This document shows, in pieces, positions 18,265-27,279 of a stretch of 64,000 nucleotides of DNA. This DNA comes from a virus. The stretch spans positions 3,946 to 67,945 of the IMG/VR virus record IMGVR_UViG_3300017991_000104; one strand, 5' to 3'. The notes under the pieces are model-generated. The model was not told the origin of the DNA and searched no databases. It saw nothing but the letters and a program-made list of their open reading frames with translations. A program made the translations under genes and the position numbers. The stretch's first letter is position 1. Every line of letters begins with the position of its first letter.

Positions 18265-18501
18265 ATGTTTACTTGGAAACCGTGGCAATTTGTTTTGAAA
18301 TCGTGCTGTGCCCACTGTGGGACAGTGTTTATGTTCCAGACAGACTTTTGTCCCAACTGTAGCCTTGAGGGGTGTCCAGTCTCGACCAAGGTTACCTACT
18401 TTCGCTGGATATCCAAAGCTACAGCCAACCCGCTGACATGGCTCGATGGGTACTGGATTGACATAGGGAGAAACATATGGACGCCATTGAAAAAGTCCTA
18501 G
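18265..18501 (+). CDS. zinc-ribbon hypothetical protein
   Basis: CAHCG...FCPNC. Confidence 0.6.
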   Translation: MFTWKPWQFVLKSCCAHCGTVFMFQTDFCPNCSLEGCPVSTKVTYFRWISKATANPLTWLDGYWIDIGRNIWTPLKKS

Positions 18502-19271
18502 GTAAGATTAGTGAGAATCGCGGGTATATCTACTTGATTGCCCTGGTGATTATCTTACTCGCACTGTTTAGTCGCAATGCCAGTGGTATAGAGTGGCAAA
18601 CGCACCCTCCTATCCAGCCGATAAACCAATCGCTCGGCGTGGTGTTGGGTGACATCGAAAGTCACATGCCAAGGGGTCATCAGTATCGCTCACGCGACAA
18701 GAGAACCTGGGCTCACGAAACTACCCATGGAATACACAGTCTGTTGCGGCAAAGAAATGGGGGCACTGGCAAGGTTAACTGTTTTTATGTGGGGCGAAAC
18801 CGATATATCACGTTCAATGAGCCTAAAGGGACGTTGGCTGATGTGTCTAGGATGGTACCGGTGTCCTTGCGTGGTGAGCATACCTATAGCCTGTACATGG
18901 TAAGGCAGAGGGAGCACTGGAACAATGAACCACTTTACGTATGCGATGAATGGGTGGCCTATGCTAACGGAGCCGCGACCGGCATTGATATCAAGGACAC
19001 ATCGTATCCTAGCGATACACTATTCGCCCTACACTTTACAGTGTACGCTTGGACGATGGTGGTGAACTGTCAGATAGATGACCCGCGATTCATTGAGTTT
19101 GCCAAGTGGCATACGGAAAGGGTGATGAGGCTGGCTAAGTTAGCTGGTATGAGAGAAGCTCACAATGCATATCTACATACCTTTCAGACCGCACCAGATG
19201 CGGAGAACATTAGAGGATGGATAAGATATCATGGCGGTAGAGAGTGGACAAATCGAGTACTTGGATTCTGA
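18477..19271 (+). CDS. Membrane-anchored or secreted zincin-like metallopeptidase
   Basis: N-terminal hydrophobic segment; HETTH (HExxH) and downstream DEWVAY. Confidence 0.65.
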   Translation: MDAIEKVLGKISENRGYIYLIALVIILLALFSRNASGIEWQTHPPIQPINQSLGVVLGDIESHMPRGHQYRSRDKRTWAHETTHGIHSLLRQRNGGTGKVNCFYVGRNRYITFNEPKGTLADVSRMVPVSLRGEHTYSLYMVRQREHWNNEPLYVCDEWVAYANGAATGIDIKDTSYPSDTLFALHFTVYAWTMVVNCQIDDPRFIEFAKWHTERVMRLAKLAGMREAHNAYLHTFQTAPDAENIRGWIRYHGGREWTNRVLGF

Positions 19272-19422
19272 GGCTGCTAGGGAGCTATTGATAGCTTTAT
19301 GGCCATACCAGATTAATTTACGTGATTTACTTGATGAGATATATGATATACAGCCCTTGAATGACGGGGCTACACCTGAGTTTCCGTTGGACTTTGTCAG
19401 GGAGGAAGATGATGAGCTTTGA
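19231..19422 (+). CDS. hypothetical protein
   Basis: 63-aa ORF overlapping both neighbours. Confidence 0.5.
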   Translation: MAVESGQIEYLDSEAARELLIALWPYQINLRDLLDEIYDIQPLNDGATPEFPLDFVREEDDEL

Positions 19423-19705
19423 TGGTGCAAGTGGTCGGCCTCGATGGGTCGATGACCAAATGTGTGATTTTTGTGGGCATCCCAAGGTACATGAAACTGC
19501 GTTAGAATTCGTTGAGCCAGGGGTGATGGACGAAAACGGGGGCTGGACAGACAAGGTCTACACCAAAGAAAAGGGTGATAAGTGGAGTATGGCACTGCAC
19601 AAGGCTTATGATAAACTTCAAAAAAGATGCCTCTGCTTCTATACATATACTGATGATGATGGGAGAATCTGTAGGGACTGTTTAGAGGAGTTTATGAATG
19701 AGTAA
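19409..19705 (+). CDS. Cys-rich hypothetical protein
   Basis: GGAGG SD; CDFCG and CRDC motifs. Confidence 0.6.
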   Translation: MMSFDGASGRPRWVDDQMCDFCGHPKVHETALEFVEPGVMDENGGWTDKVYTKEKGDKWSMALHKAYDKLQKRCLCFYTYTDDDGRICRDCLEEFMNE

Positions 19706-20117
19706 GCGATGGGTATACCAATACGATGATGGTAGTTACTTCCGATATGCGGGTAGTTACTTCCGATATGCGGGAGAGTGTTCAACATACTGTCCAGAGT
19801 ATAAGACTAACAGTTTGGATTCGGCTCAGGACATTGACGACCCAAAACAAGCTGAAAAATCTCATCCTCATTGGTTTAGTGGTGGCCAGTGGGTTAATAC
19901 AGTACAAACTATTAGGAAAGAAGAAGAGGAAGCAGTAGTCTATGTTGTCCTGTTCTACAACTTTGGTGACCAAGGTACTGCATTTATGGGTGTATTTTCT
20001 TCCGAGGAAAAGGCCCAGGCGTACATCAATAGTAAAGAGCCGGATGAAAACGAGAGACAATACTGGGACATTGAAGAGTGCTTCATAGATGAATTAGGAG
20101 CATTAGATGCTAACTAG
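19698..20117 (+). CDS. hypothetical protein
   Basis: GAGGAG SD; contains an in-frame 7-aa duplication; C-terminal VYVV...GVFSSEEKA small phage domain. Confidence 0.65.
   Translation: MSKRWVYQYDDGSYFRYAGSYFRYAGECSTYCPEYKTNSLDSAQDIDDPKQAEKSHPHWFSGGQWVNTVQTIRKEEEEAVVYVVLFYNFGDQGTAFMGVFSSEEKAQAYINSKEPDENERQYWDIEECFIDELGALDAN
19731..19772 (+). repeat. Perfect 21-bp tandem duplication (in frame, GSYFRYA x2)
   Basis: GGTAGTTACTTCCGATATGCG x2. Confidence 0.95.
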
Positions 20118-20244
20118 AAAAGAACAACAACGCCTAAAACACATGAGGTTTGTGGCACACTTAGAGAAGGCTAGTCGTATTGTAGCCACATGGCCGTTGT
20201 GGAAACAACGACTACTCACCAATTCAAGGTTAAATAATGAATGA
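20107..20244 (+). CDS. small hypothetical protein (45 aa)
   Basis: AGGAG SD; LEKASRIVATWPLWKQ. Confidence 0.55.
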   Translation: MLTRKEQQRLKHMRFVAHLEKASRIVATWPLWKQRLLTNSRLNNE

Positions 20245-20572
20245 CTTTTATACCAAGCTACCCTTGGCAACTAAGCATGTAACGTTAAGGCCGGTATTCT
20301 TTGATAGCTATCCAGAATGTTTTGGTATAGAGATACAGGCATACGTCAATAGCAAGGACACTCCTATTATCTGGGATAGTGGCCTCTATGATACGCATCC
20401 AGATGAAGTCGAATGGAGCTATGAGAAACTTCGCGAAGAGGCTGAGGCTGCGTTCGACCACTATGGATGGGACGTATCTGAAATAAAAAACTATAGCAAA
20501 AATTGTGTTATTGACTGGGAGTGGACCAAACAGCTAATAGAGGAAATGCCCTATATATTTGACGAGGACTAA
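20237..20572 (+). CDS. hypothetical protein
   Basis: 111-aa acidic ORF. Confidence 0.6.
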   Translation: MNDFYTKLPLATKHVTLRPVFFDSYPECFGIEIQAYVNSKDTPIIWDSGLYDTHPDEVEWSYEKLREEAEAAFDHYGWDVSEIKNYSKNCVIDWEWTKQLIEEMPYIFDED

Positions 20573-20573
20573 T

Positions 20574-20774
20574 ATGCCTATTTTTGAAGTAACAGCAGAC
20601 GTTATGGATGCTCGTGGCACACAAACCTACCAAATTAAAGCTAAGAATGCCAAAGAGGCGTTTGATGCGGTAAAAAAGGGTGGGGGCAAATGCGTGGACG
20701 AATGTGTAGAGGTCATGGACATACAGTGGGACGAGAACAGTGTGGTGGAGATGCCTCCTGAGAAGAAAGGGTAA
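20574..20774 (+). CDS. hypothetical protein
   Basis: GAGGA SD before MPIFEV. Confidence 0.6.
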   Translation: MPIFEVTADVMDARGTQTYQIKAKNAKEAFDAVKKGGGKCVDECVEVMDIQWDENSVVEMPPEKKG

Positions 20775-20776
20775 TA

Positions 20777-20977
20777 ATGAGTAGTAGTGAACCTCGTTGG
20801 GCGACTAGGAAGTTGGTAGCATGTAATCAGTGCGACCATTGTAGAATTAGTCATAGGCATTCTGGTAGGATATGGCTATGTTTAGAGACAAACTATGCCA
20901 TCAATAAAGAAGATGACCCAGACTGGATTTATCACAATATCCCTCACTGGTGTCCATTACCGAAGGTGGGCGAATGA
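20777..20977 (+). CDS. Cys-rich hypothetical protein
   Basis: CNQCDHC...IPHWCPLP; ATGA-coupled to dnaE-C. Confidence 0.65.
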   Translation: MSSSEPRWATRKLVACNQCDHCRISHRHSGRIWLCLETNYAINKEDDPDWIYHNIPHWCPLPKVGE

Positions 20978-23445
20978 CCGAAGAAACCAAAACTACCGTT
21001 AAACAGTTCGAGTTCCCCTGTGGGTGTCAGTTTGAACTAATCGAGGAGCGTGAGGATGGGGCACTTCGTGTAAAGTTCTTCCCAGATATCAACAAGATTG
21101 CGTTAGATTGCACACGTACTTGGGACTTGATTAGCTCTGGTAACACCAAGGGGTGTTTTCAGTTGGAAAGCCGACTTGGTCAGAGCTTGGCATCGAAATT
21201 GAAGCCAAGGAACATGGAGCATCTTGCTGCCCTCACGGCAATAATGCGTCCTGGGTGTGTTTCCAAGTCATCACGTATAGCTATAGGTAAGTATAAACAT
21301 ACCAAGGATGGCAGGATAAGGTTTAAGCAAGAGTCTATAGAGGACTTGTACAAGAAGCATCAAAGAAACCATCCGGCCTATACAAGAAGCATCCTTTCCT
21401 ATGATGAGAAAAATCACTGTCTGGTTGAGAACAAGATAGTTAACGTGATGTATAGTGGTATTCAACCAGTGGTTAAAATCAAGTATCGCAAGACTGCATA
21501 TAATAATCGCTGTACAAGTCACAAGAGGTCTTATGGTTTAGAATGTACATTAGACCATCCACTGTACGTATTCAAAAAGGGCTGGACTGCGGTTCAGGAT
21601 ATGAAACTGGGCGATAGATTTCTTGCGAGGTCTGTCGGAGAGGGTGCCGTAAGAGAAAGAACGCTTACAGAACATCAAAAAACTTTTCGTGATATCTGTT
21701 TTAGGAATTACGAATATAAGTGTGTTATTTGTGACTGGAATAATGCCTCACTTGATGTGAACCACTTAGATGGTAATAGAGAGGTTAATAACCACCCCGA
21801 CAATCTCGTGTTCCTTTGCCCTAACCATCATCGAGAGTATACAGAAGGGTGTCTTACTCAGGGGGAGATAATTGGTTCCCGTGAAAGACACAGACTTCCT
21901 CAAGATGATGACCTGATATGGATGGTATATGAGGGTTGGGAAAATGCTGGTGAGGTTGAAACTTATGATATAGAGGTTGAAGGACCACATCATAATTTCA
22001 TCGCTAACGAGACTATTGTTCACAACTGCTTGGAGGCTAAGCGGGACAAAAAGTCCATCACTATGCATTATATCGACAGGAAGAATGGTGAGGAAGAGGT
22101 TACTTACTCTCACCCAGCACTTGAGTCTATCCTTGCTAGTACCTACGGGGAGATGGTCTTCCAAGAGCAGGCCATGATGATTGCTCAGAAGATTGCGGGT
22201 TTCGACCTGCAACAAGCTGACGTACTTCGTAAGGCTATCGGCAAAAAGAAGCCTGAGATTATGGCTAAGGTCAAGGATGAGTTCCTTCAAGGGTGCTCTA
22301 AGATGGGTATCGTTGATGACGAGAAAGCCATGGAGTTGTGGGAGCAGATTGAGAAATCGCAGCGTTATTCCTTCAATAAGAGTCACTCCGTAGCATATGC
22401 TTACAACTGCTACCTATCGGCCTTCATCAAGGCTCACTTCCCACGAGCATTCTTCACTTCCTATCTTTTCTTTGCCCGTAAGAAGTCCAAGACCTACGAT
22501 GAGGTTAGTGACCTTATCGCTAATGCTGTCCATATGGATATCGCCATCTGTAAACCCGACCTTATGAAGCGTAATGCACGTTTCAAACTATATGGTCGCG
22601 ATATCTATTACGGCTTCTCCGATATAAAAGGAATCGGTGATGCAATGGCGGCTAGAATGATTAAAGGACTCTTCAAAGCCGAGGAACAGCGTGGCAAACC
22701 CGTTGAGGAATTCTCTTGGTCGGAAATGCTCGTCTTCCTATCAGACAAGATGGCAAAGAACTGCATGGAGAAGAGTATCGGTGCGGGTGCCATGGACTTC
22801 ACAGGGGTATCTCGGAGTAAGATGCTCCATGACTATGGGGTATTCCGCGAACTCAAGGACCGCGAGGTCGAGTGGATAGTCAGGAAGTATGATAGCTTAG
22901 AAGACCAGACTATCGAGGGCATGTTTCGTGCCATTCTTGCCGCACCAACCGGCACTGGTAAAGACCCTGAGAAGGCGTGTTCTAGTACCAAGCGACTGGC
23001 TAAAGTGCAATCGCTACTCAATGGTATTCTCAACCCATCCTACAAACTGATAGATAAGCCAGGATGGTTGGCTGGTACAGAGGAACAGTTGCTTGGTGTA
23101 CCACTCACATGTAACAGTGTCGAAGACTGTGACATTAGTGAGGCGAACTGCACATGTAAGCAGTTCCTACAAGAGCGTGAGCGTGACCCAGTCATTATCA
23201 TCGCGTGTAAGATTAAGCAAGTCAAAGAAATCACGGTGAAGAATGGGAAGAATGCTGGCGACAAGATGGCATTTCTCACTGTGGAAGATAAAACAGGACA
23301 GGTCGAAACCGTCACTGTGTTCTCCGACAAATGGCCAGAGGTCAAGCCACTGTCTATTGAGCGTAACCATGTCATGTTACAGGGTGAGCGTGGTCAGAGA
23401 AAAAATAAGGAGTCTCTTATTGTAAAAAAGATGACTCAAATTTGA
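20974..23445 (+). CDS. dnaE: DNA polymerase III alpha, C-terminal subunit (fingers, HhH, OB) containing an intein
   Basis: DINKIALD...GCFQLES, IMRPG, TYGEMVFQEQAM, ADVLRKAIGKK, YSFNKSHSVAY, IKGIG, MAFLTVED. Confidence 0.92.
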   Translation: MTEETKTTVKQFEFPCGCQFELIEEREDGALRVKFFPDINKIALDCTRTWDLISSGNTKGCFQLESRLGQSLASKLKPRNMEHLAALTAIMRPGCVSKSSRIAIGKYKHTKDGRIRFKQESIEDLYKKHQRNHPAYTRSILSYDEKNHCLVENKIVNVMYSGIQPVVKIKYRKTAYNNRCTSHKRSYGLECTLDHPLYVFKKGWTAVQDMKLGDRFLARSVGEGAVRERTLTEHQKTFRDICFRNYEYKCVICDWNNASLDVNHLDGNREVNNHPDNLVFLCPNHHREYTEGCLTQGEIIGSRERHRLPQDDDLIWMVYEGWENAGEVETYDIEVEGPHHNFIANETIVHNCLEAKRDKKSITMHYIDRKNGEEEVTYSHPALESILASTYGEMVFQEQAMMIAQKIAGFDLQQADVLRKAIGKKKPEIMAKVKDEFLQGCSKMGIVDDEKAMELWEQIEKSQRYSFNKSHSVAYAYNCYLSAFIKAHFPRAFFTSYLFFARKKSKTYDEVSDLIANAVHMDIAICKPDLMKRNARFKLYGRDIYYGFSDIKGIGDAMAARMIKGLFKAEEQRGKPVEEFSWSEMLVFLSDKMAKNCMEKSIGAGAMDFTGVSRSKMLHDYGVFRELKDREVEWIVRKYDSLEDQTIEGMFRAILAAPTGTGKDPEKACSSTKRLAKVQSLLNGILNPSYKLIDKPGWLAGTEEQLLGVPLTCNSVEDCDISEANCTCKQFLQERERDPVIIIACKIKQVKEITVKNGKNAGDKMAFLTVEDKTGQVETVTVFSDKWPEVKPLSIERNHVMLQGERGQRKNKESLIVKKMTQI
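21256..22026 (+). mobile_element. Intein with HNH endonuclease (257 aa) in DnaE-C
   Basis: RPG|CVSKSS ... CTLDHP (block B) ... TYDIEV ... IVHN|C; HNH motif CVIC...NHLDGNREVNNHPDNLVFLCPNHH. Confidence 0.9.
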
Positions 23446-23487
23446 AGTTTTTCTGTTTTTTTCTATCTGCTACTGGTATAATGTAGT
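23441..23487 (+). promoter_or_regulatory. Putative phage promoter upstream of ssb
   Basis: T-tracts then GGTATAATGTAGT (23475-23487) in an intergenic gap. Confidence 0.65.
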
Positions 23488-23523
23488 AGTTAGAATTTTG
23501 TTTTCCAATTTTGGGAGGATAGT

Positions 23524-23970
23524 ATGAATTTCGTATTGCAAATGGGTAACGTCACTAAGGATTTGGAACTGCGTAAGGTTCAAACAGGCGACAAAGAAGT
23601 TTCTGTAGTGAACTTCACTCTCGCTGTGAATCGTCGCTTCCGAAAGAAAGACAAGTCGAAGGCAGAAGAGACTAACTTCTTCCGCTGTGAAGCTTGGGAC
23701 AGTGGTGCCGAAATCCTGGCTAAGTATGTGAAGAAGGGTGACCCTCTTCTTGTACAAGGTTCCCTTCGGCAGGACCGATTCCCCGATAAGGACGGGAATG
23801 ACCGCGAAGTCTACAAGATTCGCGTTGACGAGTTTAAGCTTTTGCCCCGTGGTAACAAGCAGTCTTCTTCCACTGATACTGTTGAACCTGTTGATGAAAG
23901 CGGTGGAGAGGGTGAGCCTCAACAGGAAGGTGGTGAAGGTGGCGAAGGCGACGACAACATCCCGTTCTAA
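23524..23970 (+). CDS. ssb: Single-stranded DNA-binding protein
   Basis: MNFVLQMGNVTKDLELR, NFTLAVNR, FFRCEAW, KKGD; acidic tail ending DDNIPF. Confidence 0.93.
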   Translation: MNFVLQMGNVTKDLELRKVQTGDKEVSVVNFTLAVNRRFRKKDKSKAEETNFFRCEAWDSGAEILAKYVKKGDPLLVQGSLRQDRFPDKDGNDREVYKIRVDEFKLLPRGNKQSSSTDTVEPVDESGGEGEPQQEGGEGGEGDDNIPF

Positions 23971-24442
23971 GCTATCCGATGAGCAAGTCGAAGTACTAAT
24001 CAAAGAGAACATGCCCCTGATTCTTCGGCTTGCTCAATCTTTTTGTCCACGTACAGCAGACGACCTTGAAGAAATGATTCAGATAGGTCGTATTGCTGTG
24101 TGGAATGCTGCCGAAAAGTTCGATAGTAGTCGTGCTAAGAAACTATCGACCTTGATGTGGCGATACATAAGGTGGGACATAATACGCTACCTTGAGAAAG
24201 AAAAGCGGCAGTACATGCAAACCTCTGATTTTGTATGCTGCCCACCAGACGACAAGAAGCACCAGGGCATGTGGGAAATACTCCCAAGCAACCTAACCGA
24301 AGAAGAAGCAGAAGTAATTCGACTCCGTGCGTTGCACAACTGCACCTTCAAGGAGATAGGGAAGCAAATGGGCTATGGTCGCAACTGGGCTAATCGGAAG
24401 TATCAATCTGCTTTACGCAAGATAGGTGTAGCAAACAAATGA
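23939..24442 (+). CDS. Sigma-70 family (region 2 + 4) RNA polymerase sigma factor; start estimated
   Basis: LIKENMPLI...DLEEMIQIGRIAVWNAAEKFD; region 4 CTFKEIGKQMG...ALRKI. Confidence 0.82.
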   Translation: MAKATTTSRSKLSDEQVEVLIKENMPLILRLAQSFCPRTADDLEEMIQIGRIAVWNAAEKFDSSRAKKLSTLMWRYIRWDIIRYLEKEKRQYMQTSDFVCCPPDDKKHQGMWEILPSNLTEEEAEVIRLRALHNCTFKEIGKQMGYGRNWANRKYQSALRKIGVANK

Positions 24443-27279
24443 GAAAGAAGCGAGTCCTATTTCTAGGTGAGGCTCCGTTCGTAGTGTCTGGGTTTGGCAA
24501 GTACGCTAAGGAAGTACTTGACCGTCTTGAAGCTACAGGCAAGTATGAACTGGCTCTCTTGGCTAGCTATGGTAAGGTCCGTGACCCACGTGACACAGGT
24601 ATCAAGTACTGGTACTATGCTAATCATGTGACTGACCAGAAGCACCCTGAGTTCAAAGCCTACAAGAGTAATCCTGTGGCTCAGTTCGGGGAGTGGCGGC
24701 TGGAACGTACAATGCTGGACTTCAAGCCTGATATAGTGGCTTGCTATCGTGACTATTGGATGGACTCATTCGTCCGACGTAGTCCATATCGTAAGTACTT
24801 TCACTGGGTATGGATGCCCACTGTTGATAGTGCACCACAGCAAGAGGAGTGGATTGATACGTTTATCTCGGCTGATGGGATAATGACGTACACCGACTGG
24901 GCACAAGGGGTGTTGCGGCAAGAAGGTAATGGGGCGATTACTCTCTGTGGCACAGCAGCACCTGGGGTAGACCTTAAGGTGTATAGTCCTGTGAGGGATA
25001 AGGCTGCTCATAAAGAGCGGATGGGCCTTGACCCGAGCATGAATATTATCGGAACAGTGATGAGGAACCAGAAGCGGAAGCTATTCCCTGACCTGTTTGA
25101 AGCATTCTCCCTTTTTCTCAAGAGGGCTAAGGCTGATGTGGCTGCGAAGACATTCTTATACTGTCATACCAGCTACCCCGACAATGGATGGGACATCCCC
25201 AGGCTATTGAAGGAGCATCAGATTGGCCACAAAGTCCTCTTTACATATGTGTGTAGCCAATGTCGTAAGCCTCACGTGGCGTTCTTTAAGGGTGCAATTG
25301 CGGCCTGCCCACATTGCAAGAACCTTACTGCCCTATTACCTAATGTCAGTTTTGGCGTGGACGCAGAATACCTAGCGGCTCTGATGAACTGCTTTGATGT
25401 GTATGTGCAATATGCTATCTGCCTTGGTAAAGACGAAGAGGTTCGCACCCTTGGAGGATGGACCCCTATAAAGGATATTAACCAGGGGGATATGGTGTTG
25501 ACCCATACAGGCACATATCATCCTGTGACGATGACTATGGCAAGTCCGAATAAGGGGAGCGTTAAAGAGATTAGTCTCTGTGGTGACTATGAGACACTAA
25601 CTATTACGGACAATCACCCAGTTTATTGTTACACTAAGGAGACATTGGGGTCTACACAGGATAAGACCGCCAGGGAAATCTTTGGGGATAAATTGCGAAA
25701 AGGTCAGGTGATTCCTACTCCCGAGTGGAAGCCGGTTGCTGACCTGAGCCCTGGTGATTTGATTGCGATGCCTATTGATAGTGAGATTGTTGAGTTGAAA
25801 GACCTCGATATCTCAGAGTATGCTAAGAAGTCTGATTGTACAATCACCGAGGATGAGATTGCATATACTTATGGCAATACCTATCCACGATACGTGAAGC
25901 TCACGGATGATTTTTGCTACTTTGTGGGGCTATATGCTGCTGACGGCCATGCTAATAAAAGCTGTGGTCAAATACAGGTTACACAAGCTAGTAAAGAGCT
26001 TGATAATTTACACCTGTGTACTAGAGTGGCCAGGGAGATATGTCCAAATAATCTACTTACCATCTCACCATACGATGGTAGAGATGCTGTAGATATTAAG
26101 ATACCTTCGACCTTATATCGAGATGTCTTTAAATCATGGTGTAAGAGTCATGGTGAAAAGCAGTTACCCTACTGGGCGATAACTCAGATTGGATTAGCTA
26201 AACAGGCCAGGGTTCTTCAAGGATTGTTCAGTGGAGATGGATGTTACTCCAACCACCGTGGAAGAAACGTGACCTCATTCAGCACCATATCCAAGGTACT
26301 GGCAGACCAAGTAAAGGTTCTACTGCGAAGACAACGATGTAATTTCAACTGTTGCATCATCCATAAGTCTGGAAACCGTCAACCTCAATATACATTTGAG
26401 ATTCCTGGTGATGTGGTAAAGGATGGTTTCACGCCAACTAAACGGACTAGCTCGGCACATCTATACTATGGAGACTATCACTTGCTAAAGATAAAGGGTA
26501 TTAGTGATAGTGACTATAAGGATGATGTATATAATATTGAAGTAGCTGATGACAATAGCTATGTTACCAAGCTAGGTTGTGTACATAACTGCGAGGGAAT
26601 GGGCATGCCAGCGATTGAAGCAGCAGCTTGCGGGGTGCCCATTATGGCTGTAGACTACAGTGCCATGGAGGATGTTGCTAAGTATACTGGTGGAGTCGCC
26701 CTTAAGGTGAAGCACCTGTTCCGAGAGATGGAGAGCCACGCCTATCGTGCATCTCCTGACAATGAGTATCTGGCTGATAAGCTGGTCGACTTCTTTAACA
26801 AGCCAACCCAGATGCGTAACCGTGTTGGTCGCACCGCCCGTAAGGCTGCTGAGAAACACTGGGATTGGGACAAGACCGCTAAGAAGTGGGAGCGATACTT
26901 CGATGCTGTCGACATGAGTGACCTCCAAGGTCAATGGGATAATCCCCAGGTGGATATTAAGCCCATCGCACCCTTTGAGGCCGCACCACAAACTCAGGAC
27001 AATGTAGCTTTCATGAAGTGGGCAACCTTGGATGTACTGGGTGACCCGACCTATCTTAATTCACAGCTATACCTGACGCTACTGAGAGACTTGAACATCA
27101 AGGGTATCGTCAAGGGTGGCAAGCTGCATCCATTTGAAAGGAAAGACGCTTACAATATCTTTTCTAACATGGCAAAGAACCGTAACCGTCTAGAGGAAAT
27201 CAGGAGTGGGCGTGTCCAGATGGCATCGCCTGACTTTATCGAGTATGCACATTTGAAGAAGGGATTAGTCAATGAATAA
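24439..27279 (+). CDS. GT-B (GT4-like) glycosyltransferase containing an intein
   Basis: SGFGKYAKE, PGVD, MRNQKRKLFPDL, FDVYVQYAI|CEGMGMPAIEAAACGVP (ExxxxxxxE motif). Confidence 0.88.
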   Translation: MRKKRVLFLGEAPFVVSGFGKYAKEVLDRLEATGKYELALLASYGKVRDPRDTGIKYWYYANHVTDQKHPEFKAYKSNPVAQFGEWRLERTMLDFKPDIVACYRDYWMDSFVRRSPYRKYFHWVWMPTVDSAPQQEEWIDTFISADGIMTYTDWAQGVLRQEGNGAITLCGTAAPGVDLKVYSPVRDKAAHKERMGLDPSMNIIGTVMRNQKRKLFPDLFEAFSLFLKRAKADVAAKTFLYCHTSYPDNGWDIPRLLKEHQIGHKVLFTYVCSQCRKPHVAFFKGAIAACPHCKNLTALLPNVSFGVDAEYLAALMNCFDVYVQYAICLGKDEEVRTLGGWTPIKDINQGDMVLTHTGTYHPVTMTMASPNKGSVKEISLCGDYETLTITDNHPVYCYTKETLGSTQDKTAREIFGDKLRKGQVIPTPEWKPVADLSPGDLIAMPIDSEIVELKDLDISEYAKKSDCTITEDEIAYTYGNTYPRYVKLTDDFCYFVGLYAADGHANKSCGQIQVTQASKELDNLHLCTRVAREICPNNLLTISPYDGRDAVDIKIPSTLYRDVFKSWCKSHGEKQLPYWAITQIGLAKQARVLQGLFSGDGCYSNHRGRNVTSFSTISKVLADQVKVLLRRQRCNFNCCIIHKSGNRQPQYTFEIPGDVVKDGFTPTKRTSSAHLYYGDYHLLKIKGISDSDYKDDVYNIEVADDNSYVTKLGCVHNCEGMGMPAIEAAACGVPIMAVDYSAMEDVAKYTGGVALKVKHLFREMESHAYRASPDNEYLADKLVDFFNKPTQMRNRVGRTARKAAEKHWDWDKTAKKWERYFDAVDMSDLQGQWDNPQVDIKPIAPFEAAPQTQDNVAFMKWATLDVLGDPTYLNSQLYLTLLRDLNIKGIVKGGKLHPFERKDAYNIFSNMAKNRNRLEEIRSGRVQMASPDFIEYAHLKKGLVNE
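25420..26589 (+). mobile_element. Intein with LAGLIDADG endonuclease (390 aa) in the glycosyltransferase
   Basis: CLGKDEEV start, ITDNHPV block B, GLYAADG and QGLFSGDG, VYNIEV...CVHN|C. Confidence 0.9.

Noticed and set aside
15700-21100. Split (trans-splicing) intein or an intron joining the dnaE halves
   Set aside because: DnaE-N ends without an intein block A/B and DnaE-C starts without block F/G. The only intein is complete and internal. The gap is filled with ordinary coupled ORFs, not intron-like structure.
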